Assembly: GCF_009914755.1 (NCBI RefSeq)
Contig: NC_060933.1
Length of the DNA: 64,000 nt
Direction: 5' to 3' (one strand)
DNA from: the human T2T-CHM13v2.0 reference genome, Homo sapiens
Positions 1 to 13,732 of the stretch are shown here, piece after piece; position 1 is the first letter of the stretch; every line of letters begins with the position of its first letter. Made by a program: the position numbers and the translations under genes. The notes below the pieces were generated by a model, which saw nothing but the letters and a program-made list of their open reading frames with translations, had not been told where the DNA came from and searched no databases.

Positions 1-233
1 CAATCAAAATAAATAATGATGACAGTGAACTATAATGTATTGAACTAGAAGAAAAATTCACATGTTAAAACAGATATCAAATAAATAAATAAATAAACAG
101 GAGAATAGTGAAAGTTCATCCTTACAGCAGACTACCACTGCTAAATGTAGAAGATATTAGAAAAATGCCCTATTAAATCCACCATAGTTATAATTAATCG
201 ATACAGACAATGGATGCTAAAATCAGTAGACGA

Positions 234-528
234 TTTTTTTTTTTTTGAGACAGATTCTTGCTCTGTCAGCCAGGCTAAAGTGCCACTGTGCGATTGTGGC
301 TCACTCCAACCTCCACTTCCCAGGTTCAAGTAATTCTCCTGCGTAAGCCTTCCGAGTGGCTGGGATTGCAGGTGCAAGCCACCACGCCCGGCTAATTTTT
401 GTATTTTTAGTAGAGACGGGGTTTCACCATGTTGGTCAGGCTGGTCTTAAACTCCTGACCTCAAGTGATCCGCCCTCCTCAGTCTCCCAAATGGCTGGGA
501 TTGCAGGCATGAGCCACTATGCCCGGCC
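234..528 (-). mobile_element. Alu SINE, AluS family, full length
   Basis: Poly-T at 234-246, then the antisense dimer with linker 'gctaatttttgtatttttagtagagac', ending 'gcccggcc'. Confidence 0.97.
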
Positions 529-592
529 AATGGATAAAATTTTAATGGAAAATGGGATATATACACAGACTTAAAAGATCTACATCATATTA

Positions 593-1149
593 CAGTCAGT
601 TCTGCTATAACAGAATAAGTGTTCCTAAAAATCACCATACTATGCAAAAATGCACAACAAAAACATAGGGATGATGGGGAAATGGGATGACAGACAGAAT
701 ACTCAAAGACAGCATCACTGACACATTAAAATAGATGGGAGCCTAATAAAAATGGTAGCATATTAAATAATGAAGTAATATATAAACTACAATAAATATG
801 GCACTTTACCTTGAAAAAGACTTGAAATTTGCTTATATTCATGAGTGTTGGAAGAATTGTAGCTTGTAAATCATTGTGAAGTGGTGAAAGGGAAGTTCTC
901 TGACATTGGATACAAAGTTGTAATATCAAATATGGCTGGCTTTAAGGTGTATGCATGTATGCATTTTGTGTCTTTCTACATGCCATGGCTCAACTGGGTG
1001 CAATTTTCTGTGTTCATTTAGTGTTTCTCCATGACAAAAATCACAAATAAACAAACACAATTGTAGCTTTGCTGCAATAATTTTCTGATGTATCAATGGT
1101 ATTCCAACAAATTTACATTTTCAAAGAAATGTAATAGCAGAACTAACTA
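593..1149. mobile_element. Tc1/mariner Tigger-family DNA transposon (Tigger8-like)
   Basis: Terminal inverted repeats cagtcagttctgctataac (593-611) and gtaatagcagaactaacta (1131-1149), with TA flanking both ends (591-592, 1150-1151). Confidence 0.8.
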
Positions 1150-1835
1150 TAGTTATTGTAAAGTGGACAATGGTAACTTTCCCATGGAGAACTCCAACAG
1201 ACCCTGCCTTCACCAAGTGATCAGAATTAACCTTATTTAATAGTGGGAATAACTGTATTACATGCCATGTAATTCATTTAATACTTTATTTTAAAATTAC
1301 TCTCCCACTTGTTGGGGAGCCTAATTTCATTTAGCAGTTTGTAAAACAAGCATTAATTTAAATTAATGGACTTTTAAGCTGATATTTGTTGCAGAAGCTT
1401 ATATATAAGATTTTAGATTACTTCAGTGCCACACCCACCTTTATGTGTTTGCATCCAACTATGATAAATTTATGTATGTCACGACAGTGGGGACGCTGTG
1501 AGCTGAACAGCAAATCACTCTAATTAAGGTTGATGACAAGAACAAACTGAGGAAACTGGTAGGCCTCTGTAAAATTGACAGAGAGGGACAACCTCATAAA
1601 CTGGTTGGTTGTAGTCATGTAGTAGTTAAGCAGTATGGCAAAGAATCTCAGGCCAAGAAAGTCACTGAAAATATTTCAAATACAAAAAATGAACAAATGA
1701 CACATTGGTTAGTGTTCCTAAAATACATAAATAAATAAAAAATACATAAAAATGACCCTATCCAAATGGCCAGATGAACAGTGTCTGTGCACCTTTTGTA
1801 AGACTTCTGTTGAATGTGGTTGTGCTGTAAAAGTC

Positions 1836-1940
1836 CTATATATATACACTATATATATATTTATATAATATATATAAATCCTATATATATTAGATATTTA
1901 TATATATTAGATATTTCTAATATATATATTAGATATTTCT
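1836..1940. repeat. Degenerate (TA)n-rich low-complexity tract
   Basis: Repeated tatatata and tagatatt units seen directly. Confidence 0.85.
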
Positions 1941-2164
1941 TTAAAAACATTGCACCAGGGAATCTCTCCTAAATAGCAGGTTTTATTCTTTTAATCAATG
2001 AGAATTACCTAATAAATAAAAGTTTTCTTTTTTGCTTTGTGTGTAAGGACTCTTAGAATAAAATTCAATGCTTCCAGACTAAAATTCTCTTAGGCTGTGG
2101 TTTTCATGTATTTACCTGATCCCTCAGTTTTATGGCTCCTCATGTAAATTTTCAGAAAGCCATC

Positions 2165-2600
2165 TGCTATTTTTTTAGTTTGTCCCCACCAAAACTCATG
2201 CTGATACATGATTCCCAGTGTGGCAGTGTTGGGATGTAGGGTCTAGAGGAAGGCATTTGGATCATAAGAGTAGCTCCTTCATGAATAGATTAATGCCCTC
2301 TAATGCTCTCCAGATAGGGTGAGTTCTCCTGGGAATGGATTAGCTACGGGGTTATTAAAAACAGTCTGGCATCCTGGGTTTTTCTCTCTTGCTTCCTCTC
2401 TCCTACATGATCTCTTTGCATACACAGGTTCCATTCCTGCTTTCCTCCAGGAGTGGAAGCAGCCTGAGGCCCTCACCAGATGTCACCACTCAATTGTAAA
2501 CCTTCTGGCCACCAGAATGGTGAGCTAAATAAACATATTTTCTTTATAAATCACCTGGTCTCAGGAATTCTGTGATAGCAACACAAATTGAACTAAGACA
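2165..2600 (+). mobile_element. Solo ERVL-MaLR LTR (MSTB/MSTB1-like)
   Basis: Starts 'tgctat', contains 'catgaatagattaatgccc' and a poly(A) signal, ends 'gaactaagaca'; 5-bp TSD ccatc/gcatc. Confidence 0.88.
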
Positions 2601-4698
2601 GCATCCAGCCATCATACATCACTTATGTATTTAGCAATTAATTAGCTGTTGACAAGGAAAAATATTCTTATATTGTGTCTTATTTGTAGATGAGAAAATT
2701 CTTTGGAGATGAAATTTACAATCATAGAGTGGGTATATACACTCAGCTGTCTCGCTGAGTCTTTGCTGATTTATTTCCATTGTATTGAAATTAGTCTAAT
2801 TTTTGGTGTTTTTTTTTCAGTAATGTATTAAAGAGTATGAAACACATAAACCTCATGTCACACACTTATAAATAATAATAAATAATGGTAATATGAATTA
2901 ATAATGAATAGTCCCATGTATAACAAAATGATACAAACTAACACCTCCATCTGCATTAATATGCACCCAATTATATAGATATCAGGGAATTAAGAGCTTT
3001 TTAAAATAATCGACAGGCTAGTAAGAATATAATAATAAATTAAAAACTTTTCACTATTATCTATGTTTTAAAGCCATATTTCATGCATACTTTCATCTGA
3101 ACACTAGTGACCTATTTTATAATAAAAACACTATTTTATAAGCATTTCAGAGCATATAACTAGTTTCACCTTTTTTTATTAGGAAGTTTTTTTTAATTAA
3201 AATTGCTCAGTTAAAAGTTAAGTTTGTAGCCTATTTTTTTCTAAGGGAATATTTTATTTATTAATAAATATAAAATATTTGTTATCCTTTTTCAATATTC
3301 ATAGTGAAATGTATTTTTATTTGAAACCAATTTCACTGAAAGTTTTAAATTTTTAAGAAGAGTTCTAAAAAATATTTCATTAAGGGAAACCCTTACTATC
3401 ATTGTCAGGTTGTTTAAGGATTATATCAGCATTGTAGTGTAATGTGATTCAAAGATGGCAATACTCTCTCCATATCTTTTAAACTTTAACATCAGAGTTC
3501 TAAAAAGATGTTAAAATTACTCTATGGGACCATCTTCCAAAGTTAAAAACTTAAAATACAGCATATTAGATAAATTCTCCCATTTCAAATTAAAAAGCAA
3601 TGGTTTTGTATGGAAGAAAACATATTACTTCACCCATTATTAACTTTCATGATAAAATATTTTATTTAATTTAAATATAATAGTGTGACCAAAGTTTACT
3701 TTAAAATGATGATTTTGGTGTTTGACTTTTCTAATTCAGAAAACATACTTGAAGGCAAAAGCAATGGTTTTGATATGAGCTTCCTAGGCAGGTATTTTTA
3801 TAGCCCATTAACATAAATATGTGATTAAAATTATTCAGAAGCATTTAGATAGGAATTTCACAATGGAAACATAAAACCTTAACACAACAGGACCAAATTT
3901 TTGTTTAATTCGTCCTTACTAGGTTGGCAGACACAAGTCATGCCCTTCAAGGTTTCCAACGGCAAATGCTACTATCTACTAAGAAGAAGAAGAAAAAAAA
4001 GCAGGTTACTTTTAATTTTCTATTAATCATCTGCATTTCTGCTTCAATTTGAGAGGCACCATTTCATTTAATTAGTCCTCTCATTATAAATATTTTCCAC
4101 AGTGATTCAGTTGACACAAGTTTTCTGACACTGACTGTGCAGATGGCACAAAACTGGTGTCTGGTCTCAAAGGAACTATTTGACCATTGCAATAAAAGAG
4201 CAATAAACAAAATAGCAACATTGCAGCCCACTTCAGTTTATGTAGGCAGTCAGCCTTTTATCGCTGTAAAACCTTGAAATGGATGTATGAGCTTTGCTGC
4301 TATAAACAAAGAGTTGTTTACAGCTGGGGGATGGCAGGTACCAACAGTGGACTGGAGCTTCAGCAGCCTGAATGTCAGGAACTGACTAATGTGAAGAAAC
4401 ATATTGTGGCTTGTTTTATGGAGAATATGTTTTATAAACCCCAAGGGACCATTTATCACAAATTCATCCACTCTGTAGCAGATTGCTGCTTTAATGTTGA
4501 ATACTGGATTTCAGTCAGGTTTTCAACTAAAAAATTGAGGGGAAAAGTCCAAATGTTATTTTGTTTCTGTTTGCTTCATATTGATGAATCTCAAATTTCA
4601 GCATAGAAAATCCATTTTAACAACTCATCCTCTCCCTTAAACAAACTAAATATTTTATGATTTGGGGCTGATTCATTAGAAAATTTACATCTACTTAC

Positions 4699-4762
4699 CG
4701 TCGTGAGCTGTTTCAACAATGCCATTTATTTGTAATCTGGTGAGCTTACTGTATGCCAACAT
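4699..4762 (-). other. Candidate 64-nt exon of an unidentified - strand transcript
   Basis: On the - strand: 'cacttttttttaaag|ATGTTGGC...CACGACG|gtaagtag'. One frame is open (MLAYSKLTRLQINGIVETAHD) but resembles nothing I recognise. Confidence 0.25.
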
Positions 4763-5301
4763 CTTTAAAAAAAAGTGTCTAACAAAAATGCACTTTGCTA
4801 ATGGGCATTGGAAAATGTATACTGTTTCCCATAAAATGAAATAATCAAGTCACCACAGCAAGAGTTTTTATAGCCTTTTTTTAAAAAAGTCAATAAATAA
4901 AGCCACAAGGATATTTCACAGAGATGTCATGGTTGATAACCATTAAGTGAATATAATATATTTGACTTTACTCATTACATATAAAACATCATTACATGAG
5001 AAAACAACAGCTCATCTCAGTCTCATGAAACTGTGCACAGCAAGTTGAAAATTGATATCTAGCCTTGTGTCAGCAACTCTCCCTGTTGTAGGTGAATCCA
5101 GGCATATGGAATAATATGTCCCAAGATACCCTTTTACCTCTTTATGGCCTCTATTGTCACAAAGTGAGAAAGCAGACATAGGTTTCACACAGGTATGCTT
5201 GTCTTAATACTCGACAAAACAGTTGGTTTTGGGCTTCAAAAATCAAAGGAAAGTATTTGGGGAAATAATAACCGTGAAGAGGGTATAAAAGAGTTTTTTT
5301 C

Positions 5302-5470
5302 CAGTGGTTAGCAAACCTCTTACAGCGGAATCACTTGTGAGTGAGCGGGTGTCGTGCTAGACTACTGTTTAGATTCCTGGACCAAATCCTAATCCATAGA
5401 GCCAAATTCTTCAGAGGCAGGACCAAGGAATATGTCTGCTTAAGAAACTCCAAATATTACTGTGATACAC
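5302..5470. mobile_element. Diverged MER5-type hAT-Charlie element
   Basis: Begins 'cagtggttagcaaacc'; internal 'agattcctggacc' and 'ggaccaaggaatatg' resemble MER5A/B. Confidence 0.4.
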
Positions 5471-7124
5471 ATATACAGGTGAATTATTAAAGCAATTATA
5501 TAGGAAAAAGTATAAATATAAGTGTAATATCATCTGTGCACAGATAGTGAACATTTAAAAATTTGGGGGATTCAGAGAAATTCTCTTGTAAGTCACAGAA
5601 TTTTATTGATTTCTTCTAATTTCTGCCTTAAAGCTTTTCTCCTTGTCCTTTCAAGATTTCTTCTTTTGTTCTGCTGCTGTTGACTCAAGCATAGAATACA
5701 ATTCGTTTTAGGTTAAAATCTAGACTAATCCATACATTTATTATTTTCATGTTTATGAGAAACTTCATAATAATAATTTTAAATAAACTTCCCTATCCTA
5801 TTAGGAATTGGATCTGTTTGCCTAACTACCATCCATTACAAGTAGAGTTAGAATGGCTCAATCAATGTGCTTTCTGGTTATGTTTTGCTGGAACTATGCA
5901 GTTCTGAGTGTAAAAAATGCACACTCCACGCTGATAAGCACTTCCTATTCCTGGTTAACACAGAATGCATTGCTTGTATAAATACTGGCCCAGAGAACAC
6001 TGCAGAGAATAAAAAACATAAGTGAAAAGTCAGCTGTCTCATTAAAAGTGAGGTTAATACCTCAGAACTCCTCTTCTTCTACCTGAGGTTTGAATGTAAC
6101 CATTGGATCATGCCCTATTTCATGGTACCAATTTTCTTTTAAATCTAATTAGTAATTGGCAATGCTTTATTTCCAGCTATTAGAGTTTCACCTAAGCCAG
6201 CAACTAATAGTAAAGCAGTACGGTTATTAGGTATTTCAAATGAAAGCTTCAAAGCTCCTTTTCCTTCTGGGGAATCTCAAACTATCCCATAATTGGGTTG
6301 GGCATTTCTTTTCTAGCTCTGAAATAGCATTCTGTGGGATGAACAGCATTTGCTCCTTTTTAGAGATAAATAATTCTAAAAACTATAGGACTATTGTCAC
6401 CAAATAAAGATGCATGGCGAGATCTATCAGATTATAATCACTAAATTAGGTCATATAGTTTAACAACGTATTTCTTATGTGAAAGAAATGATTTAAAAAA
6501 TCTAAGTGGCTTAAGAGAGTTTATTCTAGAGCTGACATGATATCTCTTACAACTCAGCCTTCTTCACACACTGATTTGTTAATGTCAGCCTTAATTCCAA
6601 ATTCTGTTAATGAGCTCAACAACACATTCTGTTTTGTTTCCTATTTTTGTTCTTGAACTTGTTTTTGCTGCTGTTAATTTGTGTTGTACTTATTTTTATA
6701 ATGTGAGATCGAGTATGTAAATCATAATTGGCTGAAAAATAGCTATGTAAAAATTGGGCATTAACATAAACTAAAAATTGTCAAAATTGAAATTGCAATG
6801 ATTTTTGGTATTTACTTCAACTCTCTTTCTTTACATTGTTTTTTCTTGAACTGTCAAATCATTGTCTATTCCTTCTATCCATCAAAGTTTTGTGCTTTTC
6901 TTTACATGATTTCCTCCAAATATTTAGCTAATGTATCTGTTTTCTCCTTCAGTGAACACTCCTTCAGTGAGTTTCTGATTATATCCATATTTATATTTAT
7001 CATCATAATGTCTTAAAATTCTCTCTTATAATCTCATAAAAGTTTCCTAATAACTAAATCTTACATGACTTAAACTGAAACAAGCCAGGCTTTTCCTTAT
7101 TCCTCTATGCAGGTATCCTAAAGA

Positions 7125-7282
7125 TGGTTGCCAGATCAGCACCCTTATAGTGTAACCAGGAAGCATGTTAAGAATGCAGATTCTCAGGCCCCAACCCAGT
7201 CGAACTGAATTAGAAATTCTGAGGATGACACCTCGCAATCTGTGTTTTACCAAGCCTTCCACCTAAAATTTGGAACCTCTGG
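7125..7282. mobile_element. MER5A hAT-Charlie MITE
   Basis: 'aatgcagattctcaggccccaacccag...actgaattagaaattctg...aatctgtgttttaccaagcc' is the MER5A core. Confidence 0.7.
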
Positions 7283-7517
7283 TGTAGAATATAAAACCCA
7301 GCTCCTTGATGTCAGACAGACCTGAATCTGAGTTTAGGCTTTTCAACTTGCATAGTCTTAATCAAATTGCTTAACTCTGATTGGCCCAGCTTGAATCACA
7401 GTGCCTATCCCTATCCAATCACTGTGTTCAAATAAATGGGAGGATTTGTTTGGCTTATCCATCCTTGGCCATGAGACGACACTGTGGATAGAGAGGTGAG
7501 AAAGCCTCATCATAAAA

Positions 7518-7572
<55 letters not shown>

Positions 7573-7573
7573 A
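7518..7573. repeat. (TAAA)14 tetranucleotide microsatellite
   Basis: Perfect TAAA array counted directly. Confidence 0.97.
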
Positions 7574-8406
7574 AAGGGAGAGGAGTGGTTCTGTAAAGAA
7601 AGAGATGATGGAGAAAAACATTTTCTGTTCTCAATGACTTTGTTCATATTTCCCCCTCTCTATTCTTCATCTAAGGATCTGTAACCATTTACTTTCTTCC
7701 AGGCTTGAATAAAAATCAATTATTTTCAGGAGCTTTCTTCGGTTAATCCCTCTCTCTATATATACACAATTTTACCACACTTGAAAATACAATCTTTATA
7801 CAATTTCTTTATGATGATTCCCATGCCAGTTTTCCTACATGATTGGTTTTCTGACTGTGCTATAAATTATATAAGACAGGAACACTGATTCTCCCCTCTC
7901 ATCTCCCTTGCATTTTGTTAAGTTCTCCCATATATAGGATGTACTGAATAAATTCTTTCAAGTTGTTAATCCTGTTTATCTTTTAGATTCCAATCTAAAT
8001 CATATAAAGGACTTGAGACATTATCTTATTTTTTCTTAAAATGTGTAACAAATTTATTTAAAATTATGTTTTGAGTATACAGATCTTATAATTGAAAACC
8101 CTGATAAATATCTTGAATCTTGATATATAGTATCATGGAATTTTTTAAACAAGCTGCTTCTACCTTATTTTCTCAGAAGTTTAAGGTGTTTATAAATACT
8201 AACTTCTAATACTCCAGTTACACAGTCATTTCCTGGGTCACCAGCCTGTGCCTGGAGGACCTTATCCAGGGAGTAAAGTTTTGGTAATGGCTCTTCCCTA
8301 AATCCAAAGCATCACTCTTTCCACATTAATGCAAATGCTCCTGAGAACTGAAAATACTCCTTTCTCTCCATCCTGATCTTGCACTTACTTATACAGGTCA
8401 AATTAG

Positions 8407-8759
<353 letters not shown>

Positions 8760-8768
8760 TGTTTATCA

Positions 8769-9186
8769 TTTTAATACAAAGTCTAACTCCATGTTTTATG
8801 TTTGACTGCTGACAGCTTTCAAATCCCAACAGTCCTTTCACCCTTCTGCCCCACACAGGGCCAAGCTGATAAGAAAGTCTATGAGCTCCCTTTTTTGGTG
8901 CCAACTTGAAGTTTAAACTACATAAAAGCCCTACTCTGTGAGCACACAAGCCCCTCATCTTAGTTCCACCCACTAACCACTATTAAAACCTATGGCTGTG
9001 GACCCTCTTTGCTCTCTGTCAAGACATTTTCAGATCCGCTTTGGAGGCGGACCTCCTTTCCCAGATAGCTCACAATATGAGTCATAAGAGTTTCATCACC
9101 TCTTGTTGTATGGGTGGCATCATCAATCTTGACATCTCAAATTTTAGGTGAGGGGCCCATCTTGCCTCTGTGGTGTATCAACAACA
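8769..9186 (+). mobile_element. Solo ERV1-class LTR (MER67-like)
   Basis: 'acaaagtctaactccat...tgtttgactgctgacagctttcaa' start and 'ggcatcatcaatcttgacatc...aaattttaggtg...acaaca' end match a recalled MER67-type LTR; possible 4-bp TSD atca. Confidence 0.6.
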
Positions 9187-9293
9187 ATCATTATTATCAT
9201 TGTATGCCAATTAATCAGCAATGTTTTAAATACTTCTCTGGAATTCTTCTTTGTATTCAGATAAACTAAATCAACATAGTGGGGCAAACTATG

Positions 9294-9602
9294 TTTGTTG
9301 GTTTGTTTATTTATTTATTTTGAGGTGGAGTCTTGCTCTGTTATTTTGAGGTTGGAGTGCAGTGGCATGGTCTTGGCTCACTCAACCTCCTCCTCCCAGG
9401 TTCAACCAATTCTCCTCCCTCAGCCTCCAGAGTAGTTGGGACAACTGGCGTGCACCACTATGCCCGGCTAATTTGTGTATTTTTGAGAGACAGGGTTTCA
9501 CCATGCTGGCCAGACTGGTCTCAAACTCCTGACCTAAAGTGATCTTCCTGCCTCGGCCTCCCAGAGTGCTGGGATTGCAGGCATGAGCCACCGGACCCGG
9601 GC
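9294..9602 (-). mobile_element. Alu SINE, AluS family, with a local template-switch scar near the tail
   Basis: Antisense dimer; 'ttattttgaggt' occurs twice near the tail end. Confidence 0.96.
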
Positions 9603-11978
9603 ATATTGTTCTTTTAAATTGGTGTTCTGTGTAAAAGTCAGAAATTCTGGGTTATCAGTCCTAAAGTCCATTACCCTCAATTAGTCTGAATGTGCCTACC
9701 ATCTTTCTGAATCTTGTATGAGGAAGATTTAAAGAAATCAAACCACTAAATTATCTTTTATTACTCCTTTTCCCATGTATAATTTGCTAAGTAGTAGTTT
9801 TGGAGTTTTTAACCAATATTTCTGAAAATATCTCATTTTGCTTGCTTCTTTTCATCCATTCCTACATGTTTAGTTTGCATTTGTAACTTATATTAATGTT
9901 ACAATTCAGGCTAAAAGGTGTAATGTGTTCCAAATCCACTGGCTAGGTGGATGCATTTTTCCCTGCTCAAAAAGAATGTGGTAATTTTTGTTTCTTTATT
10001 TGTTTAAGTATACAACTCTCAAGGCTGAGGTTGAAATTTGGCTTTGTTTACAAGTAACATGAAGTGGTGTGTAGACTCAGACTAGAACTTAATGGATGTT
10101 TTTCAAATCATAAAACTACTCTGCAGTTTGGCACAATTTAGAATGACTGGCAGGCTCCCCTTAGCAGAGGCCAAAGAATGAAATACCAGGGGTGTTGCAG
10201 GTCAGTGCACTGGCAGGGGTGTATGGGAAAGCTTGCCTGGCTTTAGCTCCTGCAATTACTCACTCAAGTTCATGCACGATAAAATTGAATCAAGTAAAAA
10301 AAGAAACCATTAAACATTGATACGCACTACACATTGACCCAAGGATGAAAAAGAGACTATTTTCCATATGCTTCCTTTATTTATCTGCTTTATGGCATAA
10401 AACAGGACTTAATTATACTATTTTATTCCCATAGATAGTGCCCTGTAAGAGTTGGAAAATGTATTCATTCTTTAAATGCTGATATAAGAAAAGAAGGATT
10501 GTAACATCAATCTAAGCTGCCTTGATTAAAGATATAATGAGAGAACAGGACAACCAAAAGGAAAGATGTCAGTTCCTGTCATTTCCACAGAAAAACATAT
10601 CCAATTGACGGAACTTATTTTTTAAGTGTTATAAATTTCCAGTTCTATACAGTCACCAGGACCTTTATGTACATTATTTCATTTAATCATAAAAGGATTA
10701 TATGTTCCAAATTCTTAAGGCAAATGCATTTTCAATTGTCTGTTGATTATTAAAGAGTAAAAAATCATAAGTTTATGCAGTGAGTGTATTTTCCGATTCT
10801 TATCTCTTTATATATATTTATATAATACACAAATAAAAATAATTGTGTCAATAAAGAAAAAGTTAGTTACCATTATTACATATTAAATAAATATATGTTT
10901 GTTATTCTTTATATTTATTTTTTGTCTTGACAACTACAATTTTAAATAAACATATCACCACAGGTTTTTAAAAAGGCACTAACATGTTTAATACTTTAAT
11001 CAGACAATTCTATGGAAATTTAACTTCTATAAAAGGTAATATAAAGATACATTTATAATATGTAGCCTATTGCATGCAACTGAAGACCCCTCCAAAATGG
11101 GTTAAATATATTTAATAACAAATGAGATTTTTACCAATAAAAGTGTAAGACAGTTGACAACTTTCATCAATTATTTGATTGTGTATTTTCCCCTGGCAGA
11201 TAAAACTGAAGTTCCATTAATTGGCATAATTATTATGTTGTTAAGGTATTTGTACCCTAACAGGTCATAACCCCATTTATAAACATAGTAATTAATAAAT
11301 TAATGCACGTGGCCAATTATTTCTCAAGGTGAGAAATAAAGTCTTAAAATATAGACTTTTGTAATTCCTTCTTATCTTGAAAGACTAATAAAAGACTTCA
11401 GATATAATAAACTTAATCAAAATCTACTTGCAGTTATAATGACAAATTTTACTTAATAAACACAGCTGCTTTGTACTAAGAATAGCCTCCTCCTGTCAAT
11501 CTCTGGTAATTCTGCATCAGCTCATACTGTATTACAAAACAGCATGAATTTTTTATAAGTTCACTGAAAGGGTTTGAAAGATGGTATTCTACTTACTATC
11601 CACTTGTTGCTTGGCTTTAAATTGCTATGTAAGGATTTAAAGAAAAGTACAAAACATAAATCTTAAATATTTTATTTAAATCAGGTACTCTATATTAGAA
11701 CTTGGTCATTCTCAACCATGACCTCTAATACCTTACATAGTTATAAATACATTTTGTTGAATTTTAAAAACATGCTCATATCTGATAAAATTACTTAAAT
11801 ACCTAGTGATGTTGTCTTATTAGAATTAATTAATTGTTATTATTTCACCTTATAAACATTTCTTATTTATTTTTCTCTCAGAGTTATAATAGTTGTTGAT
11901 CACTTACCTTTATATTGGTAACACATATATTCACAGTGAAATATTGTAGCTGGAAATATTTACTATAGATTTTCTTCC

Positions 11979-12461
<483 letters not shown>

Positions 12462-12742
12462 TAGCTTTTCATTTTTAACTAACATGATAAAGGGGAAGGC
12501 ATAAAGCTAAGTTTGTCTAACTCTACATTTAAGCTAAAAATTTGTCTAAAGCAATTTATGAAATATTATATAATTTACTTATATAATTTGATTTCGGAGA
12601 CACCTTTATAACAATCTAATTAAAATACCAAATTCTGACTGCTAAGAGTTCTTTGCAGAGCTGAAAAATTTACTCATAGAATTTGTGTGTGAGTAAAATA
12701 TAAAATTCTGGTTTCCTTAACTCTACCAGTTTGAAGAGTTTA

Positions 12743-12796
<54 letters not shown>

Positions 12797-12822
12797 GTAC
12801 ACACACACACATATACATATAT
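12743..12822. repeat. Compound (TA)n(CA)n microsatellite
   Basis: Seen directly. Confidence 0.95.
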
Positions 12823-13678
12823 GTAAATATATGTTTATGACCACAGATGTGTTCCTGATCTATCAGCATTATTGGAAAATAACATTATGTTGTCTTAAGG
12901 CATCGTGCTTAAGCACAAGATGGGCTAGTTCCTTTGAAGTTGGACATTTGAACTATAGTAAACTCTAAGCTTTTGCAACATAACTTGCCAAGGGATAGAG
13001 ATGGTTGGCTCTGGTGCCAAGAGCTATTAATACATCGCAGTCAACAACCTTTCACTGTTTGCATAAATAATAGTAGTATATAACCACAATGCAACATCTT
13101 AACAGAAACATAAAATACAGATAGGGTTTGAACCATATCTCAGAGGTATATCCAAGTGCTAAGATGTCGGGGAATCTGCTTGTGATAGAAAAGATCCAAT
13201 GTGGAGCCTGATTGAAGGTAGAGGAGGGCAGCAATAATATAGAAAAGTTCCACCCAATGAATGCATGTCTCAAGATCTGACCACTATTTCAACATTTTTC
13301 AAACCACTCCTTTAAGGTACTATATCATCATAGTCTTAATAACTTTGAAAAACAAATAGAACTATAGTTTATAAGGAACAATAATTGTCCTTCCCTACTT
13401 TATAAGTAGGCTCTTTCTACATATTTATATACTTCCACATATAAGGTTTCTGAGATAAACATATCTTTATATATCATAAATATATCTTTAAAATTATGTA
13501 TGGTGTCCCTAGAAATAAAGTGCTAAGGATAAATCTGTCACAGGGACAAAGTTTCATAAGATAGTCTAAAATATGTTATTTTGAAAGAGGTTTATATAAA
13601 TGAGAAGACAAAAATGTACCATTTTAACAGAAACAAAAGTGATACAACAGCTTATCGGCATACTACTATAATAGAATG

Positions 13679-13732
13679 TCTTTTCATTGTTGCTTTTTTC
13701 TTAATTCTTTTCATTGTTGCTTTTTTCTTTAA
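13679..13732. repeat. 27-bp tandem duplication (2 copies)
   Basis: tcttttcattgttgcttttttctt starts at 13679 and at 13706. Confidence 0.9.

Larger units (their letters stand above)
1..1265 (+). mobile_element. Old L1 (L1MC-type) 3' region, interrupted by an Alu (234-528) and a Tigger element (593-1149)
   Basis: 'atagttataattaat...caatggatgctaaaa' before the Alu and 'taactttcccatggagaact...caccaagtgatcagaattaac' after the Tigger match consecutive parts of the recalled L1MC4-type 3' consensus. Confidence 0.55.

Noticed and set aside
4274-4606. 110-aa ORF
   Set aside because: It has a non-ATG start, no recognisable domain and no supporting splice structure.
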